Counted from the first letter of the stretch, positions 27,542-37,392 are shown. The stretch is DNA of 64,000 bases from Patescibacteria group bacterium (GCA_041665365.1 JBAYIY010000007.1:11103-75102); one strand, 5' to 3'. Notes: generated by a model not told the origin, from the letters alone. Numbers and translations are program-made.

Positions 27542-28269
27542 GAGTGTGATAAATCTTTGGCACGTTGATAAGCCACTTGAATAGCCTCACGCCAAATACC
27601 AGATAAATTGTTTTTTTCAAACACTTTTAAAGCTTCTTCTGTTATACCACCCTTGGTGGCTAATCTATTTTTTAAAGTTTCAATATCTTCTTGATTATTT
27701 TCAATTAATGCTAGTGTACCTTTATAAGTTTGTTCCACTAATAGTTTACTTTGCTCAGGAGTAAAACCTAAGTCTTGTGCAGCAGACATATAAATTTGTA
27801 GAATAGTTAAGAGATAAGCCGGTCCACAACCACTAATAGCGGTACTTTTATCAATCCAATCATCATTTTCTACCTGTAATAATTTAGTTTTTTTTGTTAA
27901 TAACTTTGTGAACCAATTGGTTTGATCTGGTGTCACCTGGTTTGTTTGGCACCACACAGTCATACCAACACCAACTTGAATGGTAGTGTTTGGCATACAT
28001 CTTATAATTTGATTACTGCCAGTGATGGTATTAATCTGACCAGTTGTGATGCTAGCCATCACTGAGATGATTAATTTACTTGCAAACGGCAGGGGAGATA
28101 AAGTTTTAAAATCTTGGGGTTTAATGGCAAACACAATACAGTTATATTGATCCCACAAAGTGGTTAAGAAAGTTTGACGAGTAATGATAATACTATCGGG
28201 TATTAATTCATGAATAATAGAACCCATGTTGCCACCACCAATAATGGCTACCTTAAACACATTAGACAT
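27538..28269 (-). CDS. proC: pyrroline-5-carboxylate reductase
   Basis: 243 aa; N-terminal VAIIGGGNMGS Rossmann motif; 4-nt overlap with proA. Confidence 0.75.
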   Translation of the reverse strand: MSNVFKVAIIGGGNMGSIIHELIPDSIIITRQTFLTTLWDQYNCIVFAIKPQDFKTLSPLPFASKLIISVMASITTGQINTITGSNQIIRCMPNTTIQVGVGMTVWCQTNQVTPDQTNWFTKLLTKKTKLLQVENDDWIDKSTAISGCGPAYLLTILQIYMSAAQDLGFTPEQSKLLVEQTYKGTLALIENNQEDIETLKNRLATKGGITEEALKVFEKNNLSGIWREAIQVAYQRAKDLSHS

Positions 28270-29365
28270 AAAGTAATTTCAATTTATCAGCATGAATTAA
28301 TGGTTTTTCTAAAGGACGTTTTTTCTTAACAGTATCGGCATCGTAAGCCACTAAACCGCAGGCGATAATTTGCCCGGCTTGATTTTCGATCGATATAATA
28401 TCTCCATTTTTAAAATCACCTTTTACCTCGGTAATGCCAACCGCGAGTAAACTCTTGCGTTGTTTAATGGCATCTTCGGCACCGACATCTATCACCACAC
28501 TGCCAAAATTATTCCGGGACGATAAAAACCAGCGAATCTTAGCTTGTTCAGAGCGGCTCGGTACGGCCTGTGGAGTGAAGACAGTGCCGGGTGGGTCATT
28601 ATCGGCCAGTAAAGTGTAGGTAGTAAGATTCATACCATTAGCAATCACAGTTTGAATGCCGGCATACCACGCTAAGCGCGCTGCTTCCACTTTGGCATAC
28701 ATGCCGCCAGTACCAACATCGGAAGTTTCGGTACTCAACATGCGTAAAAGCACATCGGGCTGTTTAACCGAATGAAATTTTTTCGCAGTCTTATCGGCAA
28801 AAGGGTTTTTGTCATATACGCCGTCAGTGTTAGTGAGCAGAACTAACCGATCAGCGTCTAAAGCAATGGCGATAACAGCAGCTAAACCGTCGTTACCACC
28901 GGAGGATAATTCAAGTGTGGTAACTACATCGTTACCATTCACGATTGGTACTATACCTTCTTCTAACATGTGTTTAAAAACAGCTGTGGTGTTGTAATAG
29001 CGATTCAATTCAGAAAAAGTATTACGGGTGAGTAAAGCTTGCGCCACTGTGATATTTACCTGATTAAAGGCTTCAATTAAAGCATGAATCAAATACGGCT
29101 GACCAACAGCAGCGTAAAGTTGGCGTCGTGCCATGGTGGTGTATTTACTCTTTTCTTCTGGGGTTAGTTGGACGTGTTGTTTACCAATACTAGCGGCACC
29201 AGAACACACAATCACTAGTTCATGGCCGGCTTGTTTTAAAGCCGCACACTGCTCGGCCACTTGGTTTAACCAACCTTGATTTAATTGTGGCTCACCATGC
29301 AGTAAGACGTTCGAACCAAGCTTAATAATAAGCCGCATATTGAAGCAAAGTAAAAACCACTCCAC
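28262..29365 (-). CDS. proB: glutamate 5-kinase (with C-terminal PUA domain)
   Basis: RLIIKLGSNVL...VIVCSGAASIG amino-acid-kinase N-terminus; 367 aa. Confidence 0.85.
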   Translation of the reverse strand: MEWFLLCFNMRLIIKLGSNVLLHGEPQLNQGWLNQVAEQCAALKQAGHELVIVCSGAASIGKQHVQLTPEEKSKYTTMARRQLYAAVGQPYLIHALIEAFNQVNITVAQALLTRNTFSELNRYYNTTAVFKHMLEEGIVPIVNGNDVVTTLELSSGGNDGLAAVIAIALDADRLVLLTNTDGVYDKNPFADKTAKKFHSVKQPDVLLRMLSTETSDVGTGGMYAKVEAARLAWYAGIQTVIANGMNLTTYTLLADNDPPGTVFTPQAVPSRSEQAKIRWFLSSRNNFGSVVIDVGAEDAIKQRKSLLAVGITEVKGDFKNGDIISIENQAGQIIACGLVAYDADTVKKKRPLEKPLIHADKLKLLYV

Positions 29366-29747
29366 ATAAACTGCCTACGGCAATTTGCCAGGGAGTATGC
29401 CCTAAGCGCGTCACAATCAAATCATGTGGAATACTATGATGATGATCTTTGGCATGTTCAGTTAATAAATCTCCTAACATTTTGCCTTGTTTACCCAGTT
29501 GTTGGCGAATACCAGCCGCGTCACGAATAATCACTAAATAGAAAAAGAAACTGAGCGCAAACAAAAAAGAATCGAACCCTTGGGTGAGACCAGCTAAAGT
29601 GGTTAAGGATGCAAATAAAGCTGAATGGCCAGAGGGCATACCACCATAAGTATTCAAAGAGGTTGGCCGATGATAGTAAAAGGTATCAATAGCCATTTTT
29701 ATCAGCTGTGTTATAATCAGGCTAACAAACGGTATGATTAGCAACAT
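29322..29747 (-). CDS. divergent PAP2-family membrane protein (DUF212; acid phosphatase / vanadium haloperoxidase-related)
   Basis: 141 aa; YGGMPSGHSALFASL...IIRDAAGIRQQLGKQG pattern. Confidence 0.55.
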   Translation of the reverse strand: MLLIIPFVSLIITQLIKMAIDTFYYHRPTSLNTYGGMPSGHSALFASLTTLAGLTQGFDSFLFALSFFFYLVIIRDAAGIRQQLGKQGKMLGDLLTEHAKDHHHSIPHDLIVTRLGHTPWQIAVGSLCGVVFTLLQYAAYY

Positions 29748-30516
29748 AGATTTTTATTATGCAGCCATTCTCGGCTTTATACAAGGGGTAACGGAGTTTT
29801 TACCAATCTCCTCGTCGGGTCATTTATTGTTATTGCATGAGTTATTTAACTTTGAGGCGGGTGACGCCTTAACTTTTGACATCGCTCTGCATGTTGGTAC
29901 TTTACTAACAATTTGTTTATATTTTGGTAAAGATATAATTAATTATGCCAAGACTCAACCAAAATTATTGTACATGGCTGCCATTAGTTCTATCCCAGCC
30001 GGTATTATCGGTGCGTTATTTGGGGATTTAATTGATCAAACGTTTCGATTTGATTGGGTAGTGGTTATTATGTTGGTAGTAGTGGCGATTATATTCTTAT
30101 TAGTTGAAAAATTTTCTAAACAAGCTACTAATTTAGAACAATTAACCTGGAAACAAGCCATGATAATGGGTTGTGTACAAGCTTTAGCCTTAATACCCGG
30201 TACATCGCGCTCTGGTATTACTATGTCTTTTGGTATGTTATTTGGTTTAAAGAGGGTAGCGGCCGCTCGGTTCTCTTTTATTATGGTGATTCCATTATTA
30301 TTGGGTTTAACTGTGAAGAAGGGGTATGATTTAAGCCAAGCATCATTATCTAATCATGATCTTTTAGTGATGTTGTTAGGTGCTAGTGTAGCAGCGGTAG
30401 TTGGTTTATTTTGTATTCGCTTTTTATTAGTGTATTTTCAACGCTACACCTTAAAACCCTTCGCCTATTATCGCATTATTTTGGCGGTGGTTGTCAGCCT
30501 AGTGCTTTTCCTTTAG
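29734..30516 (+). CDS. uppP: undecaprenyl-diphosphatase
   Basis: AAILGFIQGVTEFLPISSSGHLLL and PGTSRSG motifs; 8 TM helices. Confidence 0.85.
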   Translation: MISNIDFYYAAILGFIQGVTEFLPISSSGHLLLLHELFNFEAGDALTFDIALHVGTLLTICLYFGKDIINYAKTQPKLLYMAAISSIPAGIIGALFGDLIDQTFRFDWVVVIMLVVVAIIFLLVEKFSKQATNLEQLTWKQAMIMGCVQALALIPGTSRSGITMSFGMLFGLKRVAAARFSFIMVIPLLLGLTVKKGYDLSQASLSNHDLLVMLLGASVAAVVGLFCIRFLLVYFQRYTLKPFAYYRIILAVVVSLVLFL

Positions 30517-30526
30517 ACTGGGGTAT

Positions 30527-31573
30527 ATGTATGTAGTCATTAGAGCCGGTGGCGTTGGAACACGATTATGGCCGATTTCGCGTAACCGTAAACCAAAACA
30601 ATTACACGCCCTAACGAGCAGCAAAACCATGTTACAAGAGGCGATTGAACGCGTGTTAGATGTTGTACCTTTGGAGCATATTTATGTGTCGTGCAATTCC
30701 GCCACTGAACCGGTGGTGCGAACGGAGTTGGGTGCTGTCCTTGAGCATAACTTGATTATAGAACCGGCGTTACGCGATACCGCTGCGGCGGTCGGTTTAG
30801 AAACCATCATGATCGCGAAAGATCATCCTGAAGCCATTATTGCCAGTTTGGGCTCTGATCACAGCATAAAAGATAACCTTGAGTTTCAAAGAATTTTGCA
30901 GGTAGCCGAGCAAGCTATTATTGCACATCCGGATCATATTTTGTGTATTGGCATTCCACCCACTCATGCCGACACCGGCTTTGGTTATATTGAATTAGAC
31001 GATCTAATTACACCGGAGGTTTACAATGTAATGTCGTTCAAAGAAAAACCTACTGAAGTCAAAGCTAGAGAGTTTGTGCGCGCTGGAAATTATTTATGGA
31101 ATGCTAATATGTTTGTGTGGCGCGCTGATACCCTTTTAAAATTATATGAGCAGTATTTACCGGATATGTATGAGTTACTTGTTCAGATACAAGAGCACCC
31201 TGATCAGTTAAATACAATATATCCCAAATTAAAGAAGATCGCGATTGATTATGCCATTATTGAGAAAACCAATAAGATATTAGCTGTCCCGGGAAAATTT
31301 GGTTGGAACGATATCGGTGATTGGGCAAGGCTAAAAGATGAATTAGTGCCAACTGAGATTCAAAATTATAGTAAGGGTAATCACACTGATATTGGTAGTC
31401 AAAACACGCTGGTGTTTTCTGAAACTGACCGGTTAATTGCTACTATCGACACCCACGATTTAGTTATTGTTGATACACCAGATGCTTTGCTCGTTTGTAA
31501 TAAATATTCTAGCCAAAAAGTAAAAGATCTAGTTGAACAGCTCAAGACTAATAAACAGGATCACTTATTATGA
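30527..31573 (+). CDS. mannose-1-phosphate guanylyltransferase-like nucleotidyltransferase
   Basis: VVIRAGGVGTRLWP...KQL N-terminal sugar-nucleotidyltransferase motif; 348 aa. Confidence 0.6.
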   Translation: MYVVIRAGGVGTRLWPISRNRKPKQLHALTSSKTMLQEAIERVLDVVPLEHIYVSCNSATEPVVRTELGAVLEHNLIIEPALRDTAAAVGLETIMIAKDHPEAIIASLGSDHSIKDNLEFQRILQVAEQAIIAHPDHILCIGIPPTHADTGFGYIELDDLITPEVYNVMSFKEKPTEVKAREFVRAGNYLWNANMFVWRADTLLKLYEQYLPDMYELLVQIQEHPDQLNTIYPKLKKIAIDYAIIEKTNKILAVPGKFGWNDIGDWARLKDELVPTEIQNYSKGNHTDIGSQNTLVFSETDRLIATIDTHDLVIVDTPDALLVCNKYSSQKVKDLVEQLKTNKQDHLL

Positions 31574-32535
31574 AGGCAATAACCAAATGGTTGTTGGCCT
31601 TTACCCTAGCTACTTGTCTCCTAGCTACTATTTTATTCACCTGGTACATCGTGCGTGTTAATCAAGTGATTACCTTAACAGAACCGGTTAATATTGAAAT
31701 TCCAGCTGGTGGCACTGAAGCAACGGCTAGAGCCCTACAAGAAGCTGGTATCATTAACTCACCTTGGGCCTTTATTATTCACGCTACTTTAACCGGACAA
31801 CGGGCTGAATTAAAAGCTGGCACCTATCATATATCTGGCCATGTAAATATCCCGGCTGTGATTAATATTATTTCTCAACAAACTGCTTTGCAAAACGAAG
31901 TAGTAATAACTTTATTAGAAGGCTGGAGTACCGAACAAATGGGTGATGAATTGGCCAAACAGTTACCGTTTACTAGTGCACAATATGTCCAAGCGGCTAA
32001 AGCGAAACAAGCTGAGGGTAGGCTTTTTCCGGATACATATAGATTTTTTATTGATGCCACACCAGAACAAGTTGTAGAAACACAATTAGATAATTTTAAA
32101 ACAAAATATACCGCTGAGATGAAAGCGGCCGCTAAACTCAATGATCGCACGGTTGATCAAATTGTGATATTAGCCAGTATTGTCGAAAAAGAAGCGCGCA
32201 CTTTAACAGATAAAGGTTTGGTAGCGGGGGTTTTTTGGAAAAGAATTGATGCCGGTAAGCGGTTAGAATCTGATGTGACATTAAATTATATTACCGGTAA
32301 AAACTCAACCTTTGTGCCATTATCCGATACAGAAATAGATTCGCCGTATAATACCTATCGTAATGCCGGTTTACCACCTGGGCCAATTAGTAATCCTGGC
32401 TATGATGCGTTATACGCAGCGACCTATCCAACCGAATCTAATTACTGGTATTTCTTAGCCACCCCAGACGGCGAGATGAAATACGCCGAAACCTATGAAC
32501 AACATTTAGTTTATAAAAATCAATACTACCCATGA
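31570..32535 (+). CDS. mltG: endolytic murein transglycosylase MltG (YceG family)
   Basis: N-terminal TM anchor; conserved LASIVEKEA catalytic region; 4-nt overlap with the upstream gene. Confidence 0.7.
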   Translation: MKAITKWLLAFTLATCLLATILFTWYIVRVNQVITLTEPVNIEIPAGGTEATARALQEAGIINSPWAFIIHATLTGQRAELKAGTYHISGHVNIPAVINIISQQTALQNEVVITLLEGWSTEQMGDELAKQLPFTSAQYVQAAKAKQAEGRLFPDTYRFFIDATPEQVVETQLDNFKTKYTAEMKAAAKLNDRTVDQIVILASIVEKEARTLTDKGLVAGVFWKRIDAGKRLESDVTLNYITGKNSTFVPLSDTEIDSPYNTYRNAGLPPGPISNPGYDALYAATYPTESNYWYFLATPDGEMKYAETYEQHLVYKNQYYP

Positions 32536-33197
32536 ACACAATTATTATTTCCCTTGGTGGATCACTTATATTTAATGAAGTCACAAAACAACCGTCGGTT
32601 GAACGAATTAGAATCTACAGTAAATGGTTAAAACGTTTAAGTGCACACCAGCGCGTTATTGTAGTGGTGGGTGGTGGTATTCCGGCGCGACAATATATCA
32701 CAGCCGGTAAGACATTCACAAAAAGTTCAGCTCAACTTGATGAATTAGGTATTGCTGTGTCTCGGATTAATGCACACTTATTACAGTTGGCGTGTGGTCA
32801 GTCGGCGGATAAAAAAATAATTAGTGATCCAAGAGTAATCTTACCAAAGCAAAAAAAGATTTTCATTGGGGCTGGTTGGAAGCCAGGTCGATCGACCGAT
32901 TATGATGCCGTGATGTTAGCGGTGAAAAATAAAGTTGATACAGTATATAATTTATCTAACATCACTTATCTTTACAATAAAGATCCTAAAAAATATAGTG
33001 CTGCCGTAAAAATTACTGATATCACCTGGCCAGATTTACAACTTATCATTGGTAAAACCTGGCAGCCCGGTTTGAATGTACCATTCGATCCAATTGCTGC
33101 GCAGCTGGCCGCCAAACATAAGTTGACCGTTAAAATCATGAATGGCCAAAAGGTGGGGGATTTGAAACACTTTGTTGGGACAGTGATACATTCCTGA
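32532..33197 (+). CDS. amino-acid-kinase-fold protein, UMP kinase (archaeal-type PyrH)-like
   Basis: IISLGGSLI...VVVGGG... motifs; 221 aa. Confidence 0.45.
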   Translation: MNTIIISLGGSLIFNEVTKQPSVERIRIYSKWLKRLSAHQRVIVVVGGGIPARQYITAGKTFTKSSAQLDELGIAVSRINAHLLQLACGQSADKKIISDPRVILPKQKKIFIGAGWKPGRSTDYDAVMLAVKNKVDTVYNLSNITYLYNKDPKKYSAAVKITDITWPDLQLIIGKTWQPGLNVPFDPIAAQLAAKHKLTVKIMNGQKVGDLKHFVGTVIHS

Positions 33198-33222
33198 ATT
33201 TACCCCCACGTATAGACATGCA

Positions 33223-33303
33223 ATCATGTAGAGACGTGCCATCATGTAGAGACGTGCCATCATGTAGAGACGTGCCGGCGGCACGTCTCTACATGATGGC
33301 ACG
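33223..33303. repeat. palindrome family C: three tandem copies of ATCATGTAGAGACGTGCC followed by the inverted half GGCGGCACGTCTCTACATGATGG, forming a perfect stem of about 20 bp
   Basis: Read directly; lies in the rplJ upstream region. Confidence 0.8.
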
Positions 33304-33450
33304 TATTTATCCACAAAGGTATTTGACGGACAACAGCGTAATAGAGTATCATCCGGTTGTATCCACAGACCATAGGCTCAATCGGTAAGACCTATGTAGG
33401 AAAAATGGTCTGCTGGGTATGTAGACCTTTTTAATTTATAAAGAACGCCT

Positions 33451-33966
33451 ATGCCAAAAAATCGAGCGCAAAAAGCGCAATTGCTTGAGGCAATAACGGG
33501 CGCACTCAATCATAAAGGGGTCGTGTTTTTTTCCCATACTGGGTTAAAAGTCACAGATCTAGAAGCTTTGCGCAAAGACATGCGCAAAGAAAACAGTACT
33601 GTGATGGTGGCTAAACGCAACTTATTATTACTCGCTTTAAAACAGCAAGGCATAGCAGTTGACGCAGCACAGTTGGATGGAGCCGTCGCCGTCGCCGTGG
33701 GTGATGACGAAATCACTCCAGCCAAAGTGGTAGCCACATTCAAGAAGAAACACGAAGCAGTAGCTTTCTTCGGAGGGTTAATGGAACATCGTTTCATGAC
33801 CGCCGCTGAAGTGCAACAGCTTTCCACCTTACCAGGTAAGCAAGAGTTATTAGCCAAATTAGTTGGTTCACTCCAGTCGCCCATGACTGGTATGGTCAAC
33901 GTCTTGGTCGGTAATGTCCGCGGCCTGGTTACAGCATTGGATGCGATTCGTGCCCAAAAAGTGTAG
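33451..33966 (+). CDS. rplJ: 50S ribosomal protein L10
   Basis: 171 aa; typical L10 N-terminus and position immediately upstream of rplL. Confidence 0.9.
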   Translation: MPKNRAQKAQLLEAITGALNHKGVVFFSHTGLKVTDLEALRKDMRKENSTVMVAKRNLLLLALKQQGIAVDAAQLDGAVAVAVGDDEITPAKVVATFKKKHEAVAFFGGLMEHRFMTAAEVQQLSTLPGKQELLAKLVGSLQSPMTGMVNVLVGNVRGLVTALDAIRAQKV

Positions 33967-34016
33967 AGACATGCCATGGCATGACTCAACAAATTATTAA
34001 ATAATCATATATCTTT

Positions 34017-34430
34017 ATGTCAGACGAAGTAAAAAAGGATGAAGTAGTAGAAGTGCCGGCCAAATTTAAAGACTTGGTCGAACAAATTGAAAAAATGTCC
34101 GTGTTGGATTTGGCTGACTTAGTCAAAATTCTAGAGAAAAAATTTGGTGTCTCAGCCGCTGCGCCTATGGCTATGATGGCTATGCCCGGAGCTGGTGCCG
34201 CTGCTCCCGTGGAAGAGAAAGATTCTTTCAATGTTGAATTAACTGAAGTTGGTGCCAATAAAATCGCCGTGATTAAAGTCGTGCGTGAGGTGACAGCGTT
34301 AGGGTTAAAAGAAGCTAAAGACCTAGTCGACGGTGCTCCAAAAGTCGTTAAAGAAGACGTCAAGAAAGAGGAGGCCGAAGCCATGAAAAAGAAAATCGAA
34401 GAATCCGGTGCCAAGGTAACGTTGAAATAG
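34017..34430 (+). CDS. rplL: 50S ribosomal protein L7/L12
   Basis: 137 aa; Ala-rich hinge [19 protein letters not shown]-terminal ...[14 protein letters not shown]...[16 protein letters not shown]. Confidence 0.95.
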   Translation: MSDEVKKDEVVEVPAKFKDLVEQIEKMSVLDLADLVKILEKKFGVSAAAPMAMMAMPGAGAAAPVEEKDSFNVELTEVGANKIAVIKVVREVTALGLKEAKDLVDGAPKVVKEDVKKEEAEAMKKKIEESGAKVTLK

Positions 34431-34452
34431 ACAACAAAGCCTGTCATAAAAA

Positions 34453-34485
34453 ATACCCGGTTGATTATATCGGGTATTTTTTTTA
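34453..34485 (+). terminator. rho-independent terminator after rplL (ATACCCGG-loop-CGGGTAT followed by T8)
   Basis: Hairpin plus T-run; flanked by an A-run, so it may act bidirectionally for the convergent 726-aa gene. Confidence 0.6.
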
Positions 34486-34500
34486 CCACTAAATTGTTGT

Positions 34501-34596
34501 CTTTACCCCCAACCCCCTTGCAGGGGGCTAAGAAAAGATTTTTCTAAATTTTCTTTCTTATCCCCCTGCAAGGGGGACAGAGGGGGTAAAATCCGA
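34501..34596. repeat. MITE-like repeat family A copy: TTTACCCCCAACCCCCTTGCAGGGGGCTAAGAAAA ... TTATCCCCCTGCAAGGGGGACAGAGGGGGTAAAAT (terminal inverted repeats, each containing a CCCCC-TGCA-GGGGG hairpin)
   Basis: Other copies at 38960-39032, 40066-40220 and 42429-42562 (the last inverted, with a 37-nt insertion in one hairpin loop). Confidence 0.8.
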
Positions 34597-34603
34597 GATG
34601 TTC

Positions 34604-36784
34604 TTACAACCCCACCGAATACACCTTATTGTCTGACACTACGTAAATGATTTTATTAGCCGCATCGTAGGCCACATCTTTGGCATTACTAAAGGCCGGT
34701 GATTTATATTGCGCTTGTAATTTGCCATCAGCTGATAATACCACAACCCGCTGAGTGCTTGGATTCAGAATAATAAACGGATCATCAGCATTATTTTTCA
34801 CCAGTTTTACACTGCCAGCTAAACTGGGGCTAAACTCTGGCAGTTTGAAATTACTAGACGTGCCACCATCATATTGTTTAACATTACCATCACTAAACAA
34901 TATATAGATGGACGAATCAATATCAAAGGAGATGGCATCTTGCAAACTTTCTGAATCACTCAACCAATTAGTTGGTGTGGCATAACTATTACCGCTTTTC
35001 GTTAATTTCACAATTCTATTCTGATCAGCTGCCATAACGTATAAACGATCAGCAAAAATATCAATATCAGTAATAGCAACTTGATCGTCTTTTAAGCCCA
35101 CCGTGACAGCACTGGTTTTTTCTAACACTGGGTTAAACTGAACAAAGTCTTTATCATTTACTACCGCTAGGGTAGTAGCCGCGGTATCATTTTCGACGGA
35201 TTTGAAACCAGTGGTATCTGTGCCTGATTCAATCACACTGGTCACTTCTTGTTTATCAATGTTGACACGCCACACTCCAGTTGAGCTGCCGGAAAACACA
35301 AAGACATTTTTTCCAATTAAACTGAGTTTTAAATTTTGCGCGTCACCCACTTTATCCGATAAATCACCCACTAAGGTTGGGGAGTCTAGAACAGTGACTT
35401 TGTTTAAGGCCGTATCAAGATTATTTATTTTTGTGCTGCGGTCACCCAGTTTATCAGCCGAAACTGTGCTGATTAATGCTTCCGCCTGCGCTAAGGCTGC
35501 TCTGGCTCCAACTTCATCTTTAACTAGTTGTTTTGATTCCGCTTCACTGATAAACTGATCAATCTCCTGCAAAGAAGCAGCCTGGGTATCAGTCTGCTGT
35601 GAATTATTGTTCGAGCGGCTCTTGATAAACAAACTTATTAAAATTACCAACAGAGTTAAAACCAGCAAACCGGCAAAGATTTTTTGGGGTAAACTGATAT
35701 TCCAGCGGGATCGTCCGACCGAGCGCGACATTGAATTACTGCGTTTAAACAACATTTGCCCGAGCTGTACGCTGATTTTAAATAACCACACCAAGCCGAG
35801 CATGATTTGATGGGCTACATTGACAATGAATTGCCAAATAATCAACAGCACATTCACAAATGCATTTTGCGATTTGGCATAATTATCTTCAACCGCGCGG
35901 CGCTGTTCGGTTTTTCCAGCCGATTGATTACCCACGTACTGTAGCCGTTTCTTAATGGTTGGCCAAATCGACGGTGTTAAAAGATCACCGGTGGTGCGTT
36001 CTTGATCGATCAACTTTGACATGGAATCATTCGTTTCTTTGTCCCGGTCAGCCTCAGTAGTTGTAATATCTATTTTAGTCAGTGATTCAATTGTTTCATC
36101 AGATATATCATTTTGGACATCTTCAAATTTGATAAGCAAAGCCGCAATATTAGTGAGCGTATCTTGATCCGATAGCACTGTATTTAAATACTCCACGCCA
36201 TCAGCTGAAGTATGATCAAGGACGGTGCGGCGTAATTTCTCTAACGATAAATAATTTAGTAAGTTATTAGTACAAAATAACAAACCACCGCGTTCAGGGC
36301 ATTTACCAGATACTAATGTATTAAATAACTTGAGCGGCTGAATTGTATTGGTCGGGGAATACTGCACTATATCAATGATCTCATCACCCTGAATTAAGTA
36401 GCCATCAATTTTACCGACCGTACTAAAATAGGCAGTGGTGCCGTGTAAGACACCGACTATGCCATGACAATGATATGTCCAACCCTCACCATGTTGGTTG
36501 ATTTGATCTTGAATGGCCGTATTGACCTTTTGCAAAGCCCGTTCAAAAGCCGCTTCAATTTCAAAATCACTGGCTCGATAATAGGCAGAAGTGAACATTT
36601 CGTCGATGGCTTGGACAATCGTTTCAGTATATGTTTCGACACTATCAAATTCTAACAATACAAAAATACGCCCCAGGTTTTTATCCTCCAGTGGCGATGG
36701 TTGAGAGACATAGAGATGAATGGCATTCCTCCCCTCGGCTCGATCTAAGAACAACTCACCGAACACAGGCTTATTCATAGGCAT
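34604..36784 (-). CDS. large hypothetical membrane protein (726 aa; cytoplasmic N-terminal domain, one TM helix, extracytoplasmic beta-rich C-terminal region)
   Basis: TM segment IFAGLLVLTLLVILISLFI at about residue 370; no confident catalytic motif. Confidence 0.45.
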   Translation of the reverse strand: MPMNKPVFGELFLDRAEGRNAIHLYVSQPSPLEDKNLGRIFVLLEFDSVETYTETIVQAIDEMFTSAYYRASDFEIEAAFERALQKVNTAIQDQINQHGEGWTYHCHGIVGVLHGTTAYFSTVGKIDGYLIQGDEIIDIVQYSPTNTIQPLKLFNTLVSGKCPERGGLLFCTNNLLNYLSLEKLRRTVLDHTSADGVEYLNTVLSDQDTLTNIAALLIKFEDVQNDISDETIESLTKIDITTTEADRDKETNDSMSKLIDQERTTGDLLTPSIWPTIKKRLQYVGNQSAGKTEQRRAVEDNYAKSQNAFVNVLLIIWQFIVNVAHQIMLGLVWLFKISVQLGQMLFKRSNSMSRSVGRSRWNISLPQKIFAGLLVLTLLVILISLFIKSRSNNNSQQTDTQAASLQEIDQFISEAESKQLVKDEVGARAALAQAEALISTVSADKLGDRSTKINNLDTALNKVTVLDSPTLVGDLSDKVGDAQNLKLSLIGKNVFVFSGSSTGVWRVNIDKQEVTSVIESGTDTTGFKSVENDTAATTLAVVNDKDFVQFNPVLEKTSAVTVGLKDDQVAITDIDIFADRLYVMAADQNRIVKLTKSGNSYATPTNWLSDSESLQDAISFDIDSSIYILFSDGNVKQYDGGTSSNFKLPEFSPSLAGSVKLVKNNADDPFIILNPSTQRVVVLSADGKLQAQYKSPAFSNAKDVAYDAANKIIYVVSDNKVYSVGL

Positions 36785-36814
36785 AGTATACGAAATTGTG
36801 TTATACTTGTCTAT

Positions 36815-37375
36815 ATGTTGGAATCATTATTCGGCTCCCGGACTCGGGTAAAGTTATTACGTCTATTTTTAAGCCACTCTGAGCAACGCTGGTTTGTCCG
36901 TGAATTAACGCGCGTGGTGCAAGAACAAATCAACTCGGTTAGGCGGGAGCTGGGTCATTTAGAGCAGTTAGGTTTAATTACCTCAGCTCAAGAACAACGT
37001 AAAAAATATTATCGCGTGAACACGAATTTTACACTCTATCCGGAATTAAAAGCCTTATTCATTAAAGCGCGCGTCACTTTAGAAAAAGATGTGATTGAGA
37101 AATTATGTCGCGCGGCCAAAGTACGCTATGTCAGTTTACACGGTTATTTTGTGGATGACACTGATAGTGTGGTTGATTTGTTCGTCATTGGTGATATGAC
37201 CGAACGTCAGTTGCAACAACTGTTGGATGATTTCAAACAACAGTTTGGCCGTGAGTTACGCTATACACACATGACCCTGGCCGAATACAAATATCGGCAT
37301 GATGTGACTGACAAGTTTTTGTTTAACATCCTACATAGTAAGCACATTGTCTTGTTTGACCAACTAACAAAGTAA
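36815..37375 (+). CDS. putative winged-helix transcriptional regulator-like protein
   Basis: N-terminal RTRVKLLRLFLSHSEQRWFVRELTRVVQEQINSVRRELGHLEQLGLI resembles an ArsR/PadR-type wHTH; function is inference. Confidence 0.35.
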   Translation: MLESLFGSRTRVKLLRLFLSHSEQRWFVRELTRVVQEQINSVRRELGHLEQLGLITSAQEQRKKYYRVNTNFTLYPELKALFIKARVTLEKDVIEKLCRAAKVRYVSLHGYFVDDTDSVVDLFVIGDMTERQLQQLLDDFKQQFGRELRYTHMTLAEYKYRHDVTDKFLFNILHSKHIVLFDQLTK

Positions 37376-37392
37376 GGGATATACTTTTTCCT

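Noticed and set aside
33223-33303. Possible CRISPR array from the three tandem ATCATGTAGAGACGTGCC units
   Set aside because: The units are directly adjacent with no spacers, only three copies are present, and they end in an inverted copy. This is a palindromic repeat, not a CRISPR array. No cas genes are present in the window.
33036-33314. Minus-strand 92-aa ORF with MMARLYMMARLY repeats
   Set aside because: It is an artefact of translating the family-C tandem palindromes.
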